Shown: positions 1 through 12,597, counted from the whole stretch's first letter. The stretch: 54,883 nt of DNA, filler included, from Basidioascus undulatus (GCA_000826855.1; 3 parts of 3 records of this genome joined end to end with filler, not necessarily neighbours in it); one strand, 5' to 3'. The notes: generated by a model not told the origin, from the letters alone. Translations and numbers: made by a program.

Positions 1-38
1 GGGGGAGGGGAGGGGGAAAAGGGGGAAAGGAGACCCAC

Positions 39-453
39 AGGCACTCGGTGAGGATGCCATAGTACCCGTGCCAGTCGCGCGTGAGCTCGGTGAGCGCGGG
101 CGTGCGGTTCAGCGTCCAGCACTCGTTGTCCGCGTACGTCGCGCCCGCAAAGTCGTGCGCGGGGGAGGTGTTGAGGAGGTAGGCTACCTTGCAGCCGAGG
201 GCGTTGCCGGATAGGGCGGGGAAGCCATGTGGATCAAGATCAGGACCGGGGAAATGGAAAGGGGAAAGGGGGAGGGAGAAGGGAGGGAGAGGACGCACTT
301 CTCGGGGTTCTCAAGCCACTCAGACGTAGGCCGCCAGCGCCGGTAGATGCGCGGGCCGTAGGGGACAAAGTCGTCCGTGGGCTGCAGGGCCCTCGTGGAC
401 GCGGGAAGGGCGAGAAGCGCGGTGGCGACGAGGGGGAGCGCGGGGGGCAGCAT
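39..453 (-). CDS. Secreted hypothetical protein, 5' exons only (continues beyond window start)
   Basis: ATG at 453 gives a signal-like MLPPALPLVATALLALPASTRA. A GTGCGT donor lies near 298 before a pyrimidine-rich intron. A downstream coding-like exon reads YLLNTSPAHDFAGATYADNECWTLNRTPALTELTRDWHGYYGILTEC. Splice phase not fully resolved. Confidence 0.55.
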
Positions 454-2696
454 GTCGGGCTGGTGGACGGAGGTGAGAAAGGAAGGAGACGCTGGGATGG
501 ATACGGGAAAGAAAGACGAACGAGCTCGAGCAAGAGCAGCTCTTAAAAGACCCCCTTTCCCTCCGTTGGTGATCGTACTGCCCCCGCGCCTTGGAAGGAG
601 AGTCATCAAGGCACGGCGCTAGTGCGTTCTTGCCTCAAGTGGAACTCGAAGGCGTGCGTGTGGATGTGCCCGCGCTCCATCCGAGTGCGCGACTCTCGTC
701 GTCGCTCGAGCGCGAGCAGCGCGAGGAGACGCGCTGGATGGCGAAGTCCGGACTATCGCCCGTCGCGGGGCGCTCGCGTGGCGCTTCGTCAATCGAGCAG
801 CTGAGCTTGCAATTTAAGAGTATGTATGGGTGAATAGGATGCGGTGGAGAAGGCGCGTATGTGGCGTGTGAGATGGTTGTTGGGAAGACGGGGAATGAGA
901 AGCTGGCGAAAAGAGGCGGAGCGAGGTCTGTCAAGCCTCGGTTGTCAGAGCGTCTACATTGCTCGTGACAGGACGACAACAGGCATGGATGGCAGGTCGT
1001 CGATCAGAAGAGTGGGCATGCACACTTTTCTGGAACGATACCACCGAACTGATAATCACAGTGTGCTTGTGTAAGATAGTAAGGAACAGCGCAGAGACCA
1101 GGAAGTCTGGCCAGGATGTAGGGCTGTAAAAGTACCGAGCACGGCACCGAGCCTGGGTGCAACGGCAGCGCCGTACAACTGGTGTTGCGCAGTCCGTCAG
1201 AGCAATAGGCTGGAGAATATGGAGATGCGCATAGCATTCTGGGTGTAAGATCACACCAACCCGGTTGACGTGCCTGTGGTCCGCGGTCTACAGCGTCCGC
1301 CACTGCGAAGCTCGACGTGCACTAGCTCAGATGCCCAACCACCCGTTCTGTCTAGGATAACCCAATTGTACCGAACACATCTTGAGCTTCCAGTCCCACC
1401 CAGAGTACTATTGATACTGTTGATCATTTTCCGCAATCATCGGTCGACGAACACGGTAATGCTGAGCTTCATGAACGAGCGCCCTCGCGCAGGATCCCTA
1501 TTATTGTCTTGTCTCCGTCTCTGGTCTAATTCCAAGCCTATGAACTACTTCGTTTAATGGGTGCCACCAAAAAGCTCCTGTGGACGCGAGGTCCCGCTGT
1601 CAGTGTCGGCCCTCCGAGCATGCTCAGCTGCGGTGAGTTTGGCAACCCTCAGCAGGAAATGGGTCCTGTGCGCCTGTACCTGGGCAAAGGGGCAGAGACA
1701 GGAATACCCTTAATTTTGCTTTATTAGTCCTGCTGCGGATACCGGGGTAACTCCCGTGTCTATCAAGCGGCTGCGAATGTCCGAGCCTATCTAACCCTTT
1801 GCCCGTCCCATCGCCAAAAGCTCTTCTCGTGGGTGACCTTGTTCCACTGAATAATAATATTGGTACTGCCGCGAGTCAAGCTTTGACAAACACTGAGTCG
1901 CCAGAAGGCACTCAAATACGGAGTGCGGCGACGAGTAAGTCATCAGCGCTGCTTCAGATGTTGCGTTTAAGGGCCGGCGTAACGCTTGGTCACATTGTTG
2001 ACGGGTCATTCCAAGACATGCATATAGCCCTGTGTTTGTTGATGATGTACGATTTTACTGATACCTTTATGCCCTTCTACAGTACCACTGTCTTGCTTGC
2101 GAGGTGTTCGCGGAACGCTTGCTCGCGGCGCTCCTGCCCGTGAAAACTGTCACAAGCTGTAAAAGGGATTGCCGCTCTCGCAGAGATATCACAGGGTATT
2201 CCCGCTTGAGCAATTACATGGTTACCTACAACCTCACAGTAACCCTTTCCGCCGACCATAGATGCATCATCACGGACAAGATGCAAATGTGCAGCCTGAG
2301 CATCCCAGCGTTGAGAACCAAACGAAAGCTCAGCGTGCTGACTTACTCTCGATGATCGCCCCACATTTATGCCCAGAAGGCGGAGTTTCTACTTTCCCAC
2401 ATTTTAAAAAAGAACAGGATGAAAAAAAAAGTGAAGCGATGGCTTTCCTCATCGTTCCGACGCTGTCTCACCGTCTTCGCGATCCGTGCACGTCGCCGAC
2501 TTCAGTTTAGCCCCTGTGTGTGCCTCACCTAATTCTTCGCTCGTGCCCTCCCTTCGCTTCTTGATCTTGCCCGACGACCATCCATAGTTCCCCCCCAACA
2601 CTTTAATTTCCTTCTCTATTAACAACCGAGGCACGCGGATCCCACGCGGCTCTCACGACCCTTACAACTCACGACCTTCACGACCTGCGACGCATA

Positions 2697-3623
2697 ATGA
2701 TCTTCTCCCTCCGCACTTTCGCCCTCGCCGGCGCTGCACTCTGCCTCCCTGCCGCACTGGCGGTGCCCATGCCGGCCCCGACTCCGGCCGCGACTCCGGC
2801 CTCTTTCATACCTGCACCTGTGGTGCGCAGGACGGAGGACACGCCGTACTTCCCTGAGTACCCGCCGTCCTGTGGCAAGTGCCAGGCGGATTACGGTTCG
2901 CTCGGCTCATGCATCGACGCTGCGCCCGCGTTCGCGAACCCCATCTTGGTGAGCTTCTCTCATGGCTTTTCACCGGCATACTGAATAGCTGAGCTCTTGA
3001 TGGCCACGCAGATGCTTCTCAACCCGGGCTCGTTCGTCGACATCATAAAGTGCGGCTGCACCGAGACTGTACGTCTTCTTTCACTCGCCCCATAAGCACT
3101 AACGATCTGACTTTGCCACCCCAGTTCCAAGCAGTTTGTCAGTCTCGCCTCCTTCGCCGCATTCTGGATTCGCCCTAACCTTCCCCTCACAGACCCTCAA
3201 TGCATCGACTGCTTCACCTACACGTCGGTCCACTTTCTCAGCGCTTGTCTCGTCCCGAAGCTCTAACATCCTCTACCATTCTCCTAAACAGTAACCAGAC
3301 CCAGTATCTCCAATCGCCCAACGAGGTGCCTTCCATTCTCTCCGGTATCAAGCAAGTCTGCGCCGTCGGCTCCGGCGCGCTCGGCGGCGTCGCGTCTGAG
3401 AACACGCAGTACGGCTCCCTGACCCCGACGAATCCTGCTATGTATGCATCCCGCTTCCCCTCTTTTCCTCCTATGCGTCTCTGATGGTATTATGCACTGC
3501 AGTCCGGCTGGCACCGCCACTGAGTCTTCGGCCGCCCTCCGCGCAGCGAGCTTGCGGATGCTCGACGCGAGGTGGATCGCCGCTGTCGTGCTGGGCACTG
3601 CGCTCGGCACGGTCATCATCTGA
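2697..3623 (+). CDS. Secreted, probably GPI-anchored Cys-rich protein of a conserved basidiomycete hypothetical family (6 exons)
   Basis: Signal peptide MIFSLRTFALAGAALCLPAALA. The spliced product reads YFPEYPPSCGKCQADYGSLGSCIDAAPAFANPILMLLNPGSFVDIIKCGCTETFQAVYPQCIDCFTYTNQTQ with a hydrophobic C-terminus WIAAVVLGTALGTVII*. All introns are GT-AG with consistent phases. Confidence 0.85.
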
Positions 3624-4107
3624 CCCTTTCAGGGCTTTTGTCGGATTTTGTTTGGAATATGGATGTTCGGTAGTCTGTACTGTTTATATCGCCTTATCTA
3701 ATATCAATGATGCTTGTACCATTTGCTGCTTATCGTTCACTTCCCATTCACGCCCCGCTCTGTTGACGAGTCTGTGAGTATACATTTCCGTGGATAGTGG
3801 GGGTAGAAGTAGACAGAAGGGGTTTGGACGGAAGCAGGCTATCACTCCGTCCCGAAGCTCTCTTGTCTAGCATGGACTGGTGTGGCAGGATTGAAAATGG
3901 GAACCGCGAACTCAAGACGCTGCCACGCTTTCACCTTCAATACCCTCGACAAGTTTAATGTCTTCAGACATTTGTTGTGGATTTTTGTAATCATTCGTGT
4001 AGAAAGCTAGACCTGTCTATCAAAATGCACGCTGTGCTGCAGGCACTTACTTGTAGGAATGGGCCAGTTCTCCAGTGCCTTCAAGCTGATATAAAAAAGT
4101 AAGATTC

Positions 4108-4179
4108 TGCGTCGTCCGGGAATCGGACCCGGGTCTCCGCCTTGGGAAAGCGAAATCATAACCACTAGACCAACGACGC
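4108..4179 (-). tRNA. tRNA-Gly (anticodon CCC), with non-canonical T-loop
   Basis: Reverse complement GCGTCGTTGGTCTAGTGGTTATGATTTCGCTTTCCCAAGGCGGAGACCCGGGTCCGATTCCCGGACGACGCA folds as a cloverleaf: 7-bp acceptor stem, loop TT-CCC-AA, T6 Pol III terminator at 4093-4098. Confidence 0.88.
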
Positions 4180-4878
4180 TTGATAGAGACTGGTCGTGCG
4201 TTGATTGAACCTGCAGCGTGAGTTGACGGCCTCTGGCGGCGTGAACGCTCGCCGAGTACACGGCTTCAATCGCCAAGAGACCATGGAGCAAACTAGGCCC
4301 ACAATTTTGATAAGACTATCTCGGCGAGGTCGTGAAAGGTGGTGCGTGTTGCGAGGATGGACAGCGAATGCCTTCGTTGCCGTCTGTTCCGACGGGGAAG
4401 CTAGTCATGCGTGTTGCTGTTCTGCATACTGCCATGCCCTCCTTTAATCTAGTCACTGAAAACCATGTCTAAGAATCCCCCAATCGAGCGAGCTCGGATC
4501 CCTTGCCAGAATGCGCAGTTGAATACGAGGGCTCGACAAACACAATTGAAAACCTTCCAACGCACGACTTCCTCCCTTTTGCCCTACATAATCGGAACGG
4601 AACTGATCGTGCTCAGGTAGAGGACAGAATATCAGCCATAACTTCCGAGACAGCCCCTTGAGCAGGGGCGCACCAGTGGCCAGCCGCATTCCACGCCAAA
4701 GTAACCCCCCCTGCAGCTGTTTTCCTCGGCTTCGCCACGCAATCAACTCGACTCAACGAGGCTCTTGAGCTCATTATTCTGCTCTCCGAAACCACCTCCC
4801 GCTCGATAGGACTCGAACTTTGACCCTCAGAAGATTTTCTTCCCAACCCTTGCATCCCACTCACATCTGAGCCAAACC

Positions 4879-5085
4879 ATGTCGTCCTCCACCAGGCCTG
4901 ACTGGCACCCCATCCTAGACACCCTCGAGGACGTCTTGTCCTACCTCGACAGCACCTTGCTGTCTCCGATTGCCTGCGTGAATCAAGCCTGGTACGCGCA
5001 GGCAATCCCGCGCCTGGACTCCTTCGTGTCGATAATGGGCGAGGCGACGCTCGATCAATTATACCGGATCCATGTAGCGCATTAG
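4879..5085 (+). pseudogene. Truncated F-box-like protein fragment
   Basis: ILDTLEDVLSYLDSTLLSPIACVNQAWYAQAIPRL resembles the F-box pattern (I..I..YL...L.....V...W...A.P.L). The ORF stops after 68 aa. Confidence 0.35.
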
Positions 5086-5149
5086 AAGGGGTCCCCGGAT
5101 TGGGTGGGATCTATCTCCCCTTCGGCATACCAAGCATCTCTCGGTCACG

Positions 5150-7372
5150 CTAAAATCGCCGCGTTTCGTTGGTCGCCCTTTCCTGGGCCTGCTGGCCAAC
5201 GTTGCCCTTCAGCCCACCCACCACACATCCGACAAAGGTGAGACGAAGGACGGCCTCGTTCTGGCTAATGGGGACGTAGTCGGTCGGAGTGCCGGCAGCC
5301 TCGTTGTCGAGAGGGGAAGGGCAGCTGATCTTTTCAAAAAGGACCCGGGTTCCCATTTCTGCCACAAAGGTTTAAAAGAAGGCTGGAGTGAGAAACGGAG
5401 CGGGGGCAGCTTATGGGAGATCTCAGACTTCGACCAGGTGTGCTTGGGCACGACGTTGTCCTGGGGCAATGGTAAGAGAAGCGACTCTTTGCCAGGAAGA
5501 CCGAGGGCGGTGAAGACTTGTAAAAGGTGAAATGTGTTGAGTGAGCTGTTATTATGCTTCGATAATTGAGAATGTTACGGTAAAACAACTCACTGCTCAT
5601 GAGGGTGTTGTCGTGAGTGCTGCAACGAGGGGTCAGTCGACTCGCAGCCCAGCACAGTACAGTGTCAAGGCCTACCCATCAAAGCTGGTTGACATATGAA
5701 TAGTTAGTGCTAGTCCTGGTTACACCTCGAGAGCACTCACAATAGCCTGTACCCGCCCGTCGAGTTGGTGGGCGGCAAGGGGAACGTGGCGGCATTAGAA
5801 TTGAGTGAGGTGTTCGTGCTCGTGTTGTCCTGCACCGGGGATGAAGTGAGGCGAGCAATAACTGCCAGATTGGAAATTAGTATTGTTTGCATCCATTGAG
5901 GCTGGCTTACTGGTTCCAGGAAAAACTGACGCTCATTGACGAAGCCAATGCCCTGAGAAGGGAAGACGTTGTCAGGCCCAGGGCCATAATACGTTGAGAT
6001 CTTAGCAAGGTTGCCAGAAATCCTGGGAGAGAAAGACACTCTCCAGGTTCACTTACCCCAGTAATATGCGATTTGGTCGAACTCGTCGTCGGCGAAGAGG
6101 CTGCACCATTTGCTGATCGTGCCATTCTGATTCATTGTGTCGAAGCCGCAGAGGTAGGCAAAACTCATAACGCTGTTCTCGCTGCAATGACTCAAGCTTG
6201 GGCAAGGACATGTCCAAATCAAAACTACCTACTCGTATTGATCGAGGTCAGCGCCCGGGAACAGTTTGTTTCAGTCTCGACCAGATCGGCGGAGCAATGC
6301 GTGTCACCCAAGCCTGTAAAGACTCTTACAATGAGCTCTGCAGCCTTTAGTGGGAGGGCACAGGTGATGTCAAGACGCACCCCAAACATTGCGCTACCGA
6401 TGCCGTTGAGCTCGTCGTTATAGGCGGTGCAGGTGCCGACGGTGAGGGTGTTGTTCTGCGGGGAACGGTCAGATTCCCTTCATGAACCGCTGAAGATGGG
6501 TAACCTTATCCCCTCTTCCGGGATGGCCACGTCGATATCAGGCATTTCACCGAGCGGCAGGCCGAGGAAGCCGGCTTTCCAGTGTTGAGAGGAGTGGACG
6601 CTGCGCTCCTGCTCAGCCGAAGGGACAAAGGGCACGTTCGAGGTAGACGCAAGGTTCGCAAACTTCTTCGCAAAAGTAACCCTGGACTCGTAGGACCTGT
6701 AAGAAATTTTCGCACAAACGTCACATCACAGGCGCGCTCACACGCACTGCCGGGCGCCCCACGACAGCAGGTCGTCCACCCCAAGGGAGTAGTTGTACGA
6801 AGAGATCCAGGAGAAGTTGGGGTCGGTTATCGTGGCGTTCTCCTTGACCTTAGCCACCGCAGCCCGGTATTCCTGTGCCCCTAGGTAAGGTCATCATAAC
6901 GAAGAGGCAGGCAGTTAATGGAGCAAAGAATTCATGCCTTGTCTCCAGACTGCAAAGGGTTCAAAAGGGTTCCTGCTGCCGTGACGCTGAAGCTGAAAAG
7001 TGCAGAAAGGTCAGATGGTTCAACAATGGCTAGCTTCTACGAACAGATTCATAGTACGCATACTCACAAGATTGGCAAAAGTGACCTCGCATCCAACGGG
7101 AACGGCATCGGAGATGGAGCTCGTCAAAGGAAACCAAGGGGAGAACCCGCCGAGCTACGGAGACTTGGGAATAAGCTATTTTTATTGGATTGGGCAAGAA
7201 AATCAACATACCTTTTGCAAGTTTCTGTTAGGCAGCGTCTATGCGGAGGCGGTCAAAACCTCGCGGCGGTAGGGCACACCGGAAGCGACAGAGACACCAT
7301 CCGACACGTTAAGACCTTTGAGGAGACGCATGACGTAAGAAACGAAAGCAAAGGGGTGGGGTAAAGCAAGTT
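5150..7372 (-). CDS. Histidine acid phosphatase / 3-phytase, multi-exon, probably pseudogenised or frameshifted
   Basis: Exons read LGGFSPWF...VPVGCEVTFANL|LQRHGSRNP (catalytic RHGxRxP, near 6970-6990), NNTLTVGTCTAY, STYYGPGPDNVFPSQGIGFVNE..ARLTSSPVQDNTSTNTSLNSNAATFPL, THDNTL (HD motif, near 5610) and RVLFEKISC..DYV. Both ends approximate. Confidence 0.85.
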
Positions 7373-7385
7373 GCTCGAAGCTCAG

Positions 7386-7393
7386 TTTTTATA
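7386..7393 (-). promoter_or_regulatory. Candidate TATA box of the phytase gene
   Basis: TATAAAAA on the minus strand just upstream of the inferred first phytase exon. Confidence 0.4.
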
Positions 7394-7853
7394 CTGGCTG
7401 GAAAGGCGGCAGCGGCTGTCATGCTTGCATGGAACAAACAGCCGTCATTGATGTGCCTGAACGTGGACTACGAGTGGCAGAGCAGTGGCTATTACAACAG
7501 CACTGCGGCATGCTGGGCGGTTTTTCCGTAATCGAGGTGTATCATAATGGAGCTCAGCGGAACGACGACCTCAACCGAATACACTAGGCGGTCACGAAAC
7601 CGCTAATGATTTCTATTCTCTCTTATATTTATAGGAGGTTGGTTGCTTGATGGCGAAAAGGGGCACCTGCTGGTGCATCTGCCAGTTGCCAACTGCGCAG
7701 TTCTCAAACCAGCTGACGAGGCTGTTACTAGCCAAAGACAACCAATACGTCTTTGCCTTGGCAGTCTTTGGTAATACACTTGTTCTTTCATTGCAACTTG
7801 AGTGTTACAGAGGTACATGTACGTCGTGTCATAGTTCGCTTCCACCTTCACCC

Positions 7854-10578
7854 TCACCATCCCAGCCCGTGCTCGATGAGCCACGTTGTGTTGTCTGTCT
7901 GTTCCTTGACCTATGCGCGCGAATGATCCTGTTAGATTACGCTTTCGTATGATGGAAAAGAGCATCCAAAATGCTCACCAGGTCCATGACTGCCCAACAA
8001 ACAAGGCCGACGCGCCGGGCATCAGCCTCAGCCTCATCACGATACTTGGAGCCAGCACCAACTCACCCGAATCGTCCGAATAGACATCATACCAACCCGG
8101 CGCCTCGTGCGGGGGGTCTCGAGCGGCCGAATCTTAGTAAACCCACCACAGCTACGAGGGACAGTGGAGGTATGAGGAGCTCACCGCCAGCCCAAGTCAT
8201 GTTGAACTCATTAACCACAAACGGCTCAGGCCTCCACAGCCCCCCAAACGCCCAGGGCATGGTACCCACGTATGCTTTATCGTAAGTCCAATGGTTCAAG
8301 ACGTTTCCGAGGACGTAACTGTAGTAGGCGTCCTGCACCGTTGCGGGTCAGCTCAGTTAGTCTGTGAGGAGAGTGGAAACTCTGCGCACCTTGTTGCGGG
8401 TGGTCGCTTTCGCACTGTACAGATACTCGCCAGCCTCGACGTTCTCCCAGTTGTCGCGAGGGAAGCCTGAACCGAACCTCCAAATTAAGCCAGTGCTATA
8501 TGGACTCATAGAGACAAAGCGGCTCACCGAACTCTTCAAGTACGACGGGCTTGCCCAGGTCCAGGGACCATTGGCTTGTGTTTGCGATGAAGACGCGCGC
8601 GAACTCAAGGGCGTTGTTAAGGTTTGCGGCGGAGGTATTGAGCATGTCCTGGGACGGAGAAGGGGTGATCAGGCAGAGTCCACCTACACAAAAGCTGCAC
8701 GGGAACCTACGTAAACGCCCTGTGTAGGGTAGCGTTCGTCAGTAAACAATGCAACACGCACGTTCGCCCGCAAACGCGATGCACCCAGTTCTGCACCCTA
8801 AATATGGTACAGATCCGTTAGAAAGTTTCTAGTTGCTTCTGTATTTGTATGCAAACGCACCACATGTGCGAGCACCTGAAGAGGAAAGGGTGTGGTCAGT
8901 AGGGCGCTCACCGCTGCCCAACGCGAAGTAAAGACCTACGCGTAGTCAATAGAGTCGAATGCATGAACAGCCTGGAGTCCGAGGTATTATCAGCATCTCG
9001 ATTCTTGAAGCATGTCAAAAGTCGGACACACCTTGAAGTACTCTTCACCCTGCTTCCCCTCGAATCCAGTGGTCACCAACTGTTTCGGTGCGTGCTTCTT
9101 GATGAACTGTTTGCGCCTCCCTCAGACCATCAGTGAGTGCTGCAATCCTGTGGAAAATAACGTGAAAACTTGCCTTGCTCGAATTCTCGATCCACGAAAG
9201 GACTGAATCGGTCTCGTTGAACACAAGCGCCAGGCTTCCGGCGATATTGATTTGCGAGACCGGCTGAGGCTCGTTGGCGACTTCCCAGGTCATTATGGTC
9301 GCATCATCTTTGATAGTCATCTACTGTCAGCAAAATGGTGCGCAAGCTGAAAAGTAGTGAGGCAGTACCCTTGTAGACCTTGCCGTTGACGGTGTTGACG
9401 CGGTTGATGACCTGGGAACGAGGGCGCCTAGTTAGAGCTGGAAAATATTAGTATACTAATTAGATGCAGTGTACCTTCAAGATGTGATCCTGCCAAATCT
9501 CCTGCGCCTCGGGGAGGTCATAGAACCGGTTGGCGAATGCGGTGAAGTCGTTGAAAGAGCCCTGGACGCCGTTGCGATTCAGTCAGGACGAATTCGAGCA
9601 CCTGGCGGCCGTTTTCCTAAATAATTATTCAAACATGAACCCACATCGGTCGTGTAGTTCCCCCAAGGCTGTGGTTCGAGCGAGAGGTCCCAGCTGGGCG
9701 GGTATGGGATGCTGGGGCGGCAACGCGTTAGGAGAGCTCCGCAGTAAGAAGTCTCTTTTACTCTTCACTCACGCTGTGGGTACGGCAAATAACGTAAGGC
9801 TTGGAAGAGCTCAATTTTATGGGATGATGCTGAGATAGACGTACTGCCGTTGTCGGTCACCCATGAGACATACTGACTGAACCCTCCAGACCAATGCCAC
9901 TCATCCTGATTGTAGATGGCCGATCAGTCAGAATTCAGTCCCGAAAAGCGCAGTGGGCCCACATTCAGAGTCATCGTAAGCCTGCAGACAGGCAGTCAGT
10001 GCCCGGTAGCTTGACGTCAGCTCGTACGCGCCTACCTGATACCCCGCTTTCCCGCCTCCGCAACACAGCGGTCAAGTCCGACGAAGATATCTTCGTTCCA
10101 GTGGTAGGGGGATTCAAGTAGGGCCGGTCGCATGCGGAACGGCTGGGGGCCGTTTGGGTTGCCTTCGCTGCTGGCCATGATCCGCTGTATGCCGGGGATC
10201 AGCGAACAAGGCCTCGCGGATGAAGAGTGAAACACGCACGAGGTGGTTGACACCATATTCAGCCATGATGTCCATCTCGGAAATGAAGCGCGTGTAGTTG
10301 CCGCCCGTGCTGTCGTCCGCGGCGAGGTTCATGCAGGCCCAGCTACCACTCCTGATAAGCCTGGCCTCGTCACCGTAGAACGGGGATCAAGCGTACTAAT
10401 TGAAGCCGGTAACATAATGCGGTCCATCCTTAACAAACAACCTCGTCCCATCAACCTTCACAAAGTCCCCATCCCGCACCGGACCAGTGTAGACGTCCTT
10501 CGGGTTCCGCATGGACAGCTGCGGCGCGGCGCACACGAGCGCCGCGGGAAGGAGCAACAATCCGAGTGGGAGGAGCAT
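7854..10578 (-). CDS. Secreted glycoside hydrolase family 5 endo-1,4-beta-mannanase (GH5_7-like), many introns
   Basis: Signal MLLPLGLLLLPAALVCA. Motifs FVKVDGTRLF..YVTGFNY, RIMASSEG, GLDRCVAEAGKRGIR, WEVANEPQ (acid/base Glu), KQLVTTGFEG, KPVVLEEFGFPRD (nucleophile Glu), WAFGG, DPPHEAPGWYDVY. The last exons are inferred. Confidence 0.92.
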
Positions 10579-11674
10579 GAGTGATTGTAGGCACGGTTGT
10601 GATGGACACCTAAAGACATCGAGCCTGTTATATGCGGCAGGAACTCGGAGCGGCATCGTCGTCCGGCTCAGGAGGAACGACGCTAACCGGCCCGAGAAGC
10701 CCGCTCGATCCCGAATTCGAAGTCGCCAGGAGCCTGCATGAGCATGCAACCTGCACACATGATCTCGCCGGCTAGCACGGCGCTGATGTGTTGCCTTTAT
10801 ACTAGTGTTATCTGAGCAACGAGTTATTCGCAAGTCTTCACACCATGTTCCTGGCCCTGTGTAATCGTGCAGGGGAGGAACACATGGCCACTGCTTAGCG
10901 GTGCACTTCTCCAGGTCTTTCGGTTGTTTGCCTTTGCATCTGAGCTTTTCTTTTCTTATTTCTATGTGAAATGCTCTGATATACATAGAGCTTGGGATTG
11001 TGACCAAAGATATCTCCGGATGCGATGACATTAACGCGGTTCCTCCACCGGACTGCCCAATCTGGCGCTGCCGGCCAGCCTGAGTCGGCAGTCTGGTCTT
11101 GGTGCTTGAGAAAAGGAGGAACATGTACACAGCCGGGGCATCTCTATGGTGCGGATGGGATAGGCCCCTACTGACTTCGTAGGGCTAGGACTGGGCAGAA
11201 AGCAGGCAGCGAAGGTCAATGCTGGGAACCTCACACCTCGGAGCGCCCTACATTTTGCGTAGTGTGCAGGTAAAATTGGTCCAACATAAATGTCCTTTAC
11301 TTAATTTTTCAGGCGCAAATGGTTTCAGAGCAGGGACATTCAAGCATACGTTGGTCCGGCCGGCTAACCCGAAAAAAGGGCTGTCCTTGGAGATCACAAG
11401 CGCTCATCGTAGTGCTCTGTAATTTGCGCGTTTAGAGCGTGAAGTGTAAGAGTAGAATTGCTTGATAAGTTTCAATAGCTCACTTGGAAGAGGGGAGTTG
11501 AAATGAACCTGTTGAAGATATTGCGCAGTCCGCGAGGGTGAGTCATGAGCCAGCTTCGTACGGTAGGTAGCCCACAGTTAGGTTAGTCCAAGGCCTGCGT
11601 ACATGTATTCCCGGTCTTGCTGACTCTTGACCTCTTCCTCTCCCCTTCATATTCATTTCAAGGTCGCCACGAGT

Positions 11675-12597
11675 ATGCCTCCCACTACCGCCGTTCAGTC
11701 CCCCATCCATCCCTTCGCCTCGCGCCCCGACTTGCGCGCGGTACTCGACCGCCTTCATGCGGCCTCCATAGCACAAGAGCAGGCCGCAGACACGCGTGGC
11801 GCTCACTACCCTAAAGATTCCGCCGACCGTCCGCTCTTCGAGGGGCAGCTCGTCGCGCTCGACGAGGACAAGTGCCGGGCCATGTACCTCATCCTGCGTG
11901 CGATGGGCGCGAGGAGGGTAGTCGAAGGTGACTTGTCTCTTTATACTCTTTGCTTCCCGAAGCGAGAAGCTTGGATGGCTTGGAAACATCCGACAAAAGT
12001 CGCGACTTTGCCTGTTCAAGCTCAACGACAACCGACCACTGTGACTTGTGAGCCTTCTGCGTTTCCCCGCCGCTGACACCATATCACCCTTCTTCGATTA
12101 CAGCCGGAACTTCATACGGCGTGTCGCTCATCTGGCTCCTCGCTGCCGTGCTCGACAACCTATCCACGTACGGCCCTCTCCCCTCTCGTCTCCCCACGCT
12201 CGCCTTCGGGACCGAGAACGAGCCAGCCAAGGCCGCCCGCGCGCTCGAGCACGTCAGCGAGGCGTTCGACGGCGCGCTTCCCGCCCCGCTCCGTCTTCTC
12301 GAGGGCGACATCCTGCAGACCCTGCCTGCGGCGGCTGCCACGGGCGACATCCCGGACCGCTCGATCGATGCGCTCCTTCTGGACATCTGGGCGCCGCTCG
12401 CCCTGCCCACGCTGCAGATTCTGCTGCCCAAGCTGCGGCAAGGGGCGGTGGTGTTCGTGGACAACAGCACATCCTCATCCGGGCGGTACGCGGAGCTGCT
12501 TGGGTTCTTGAGGGAGCCCATGAACGGGTTTCAGACGACCACACTGCCGCACTCAGGCGGGTTCGAGTTGTGCGTGTATGTGGGAACTGAGGCATAG
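11675..12597 (+). CDS. Class I SAM-dependent O-methyltransferase (2 exons; intron 11928-12103)
   Basis: VLDRLHAAS..LVALDEDKCRAMYLILRAMGARRVVE|AGTSYGVSLIWL (SAM motif I), GTENEPAKA, LLEGDILQTL, IDALLLDIW, LRQGAVVFVDN. Confidence 0.9.
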
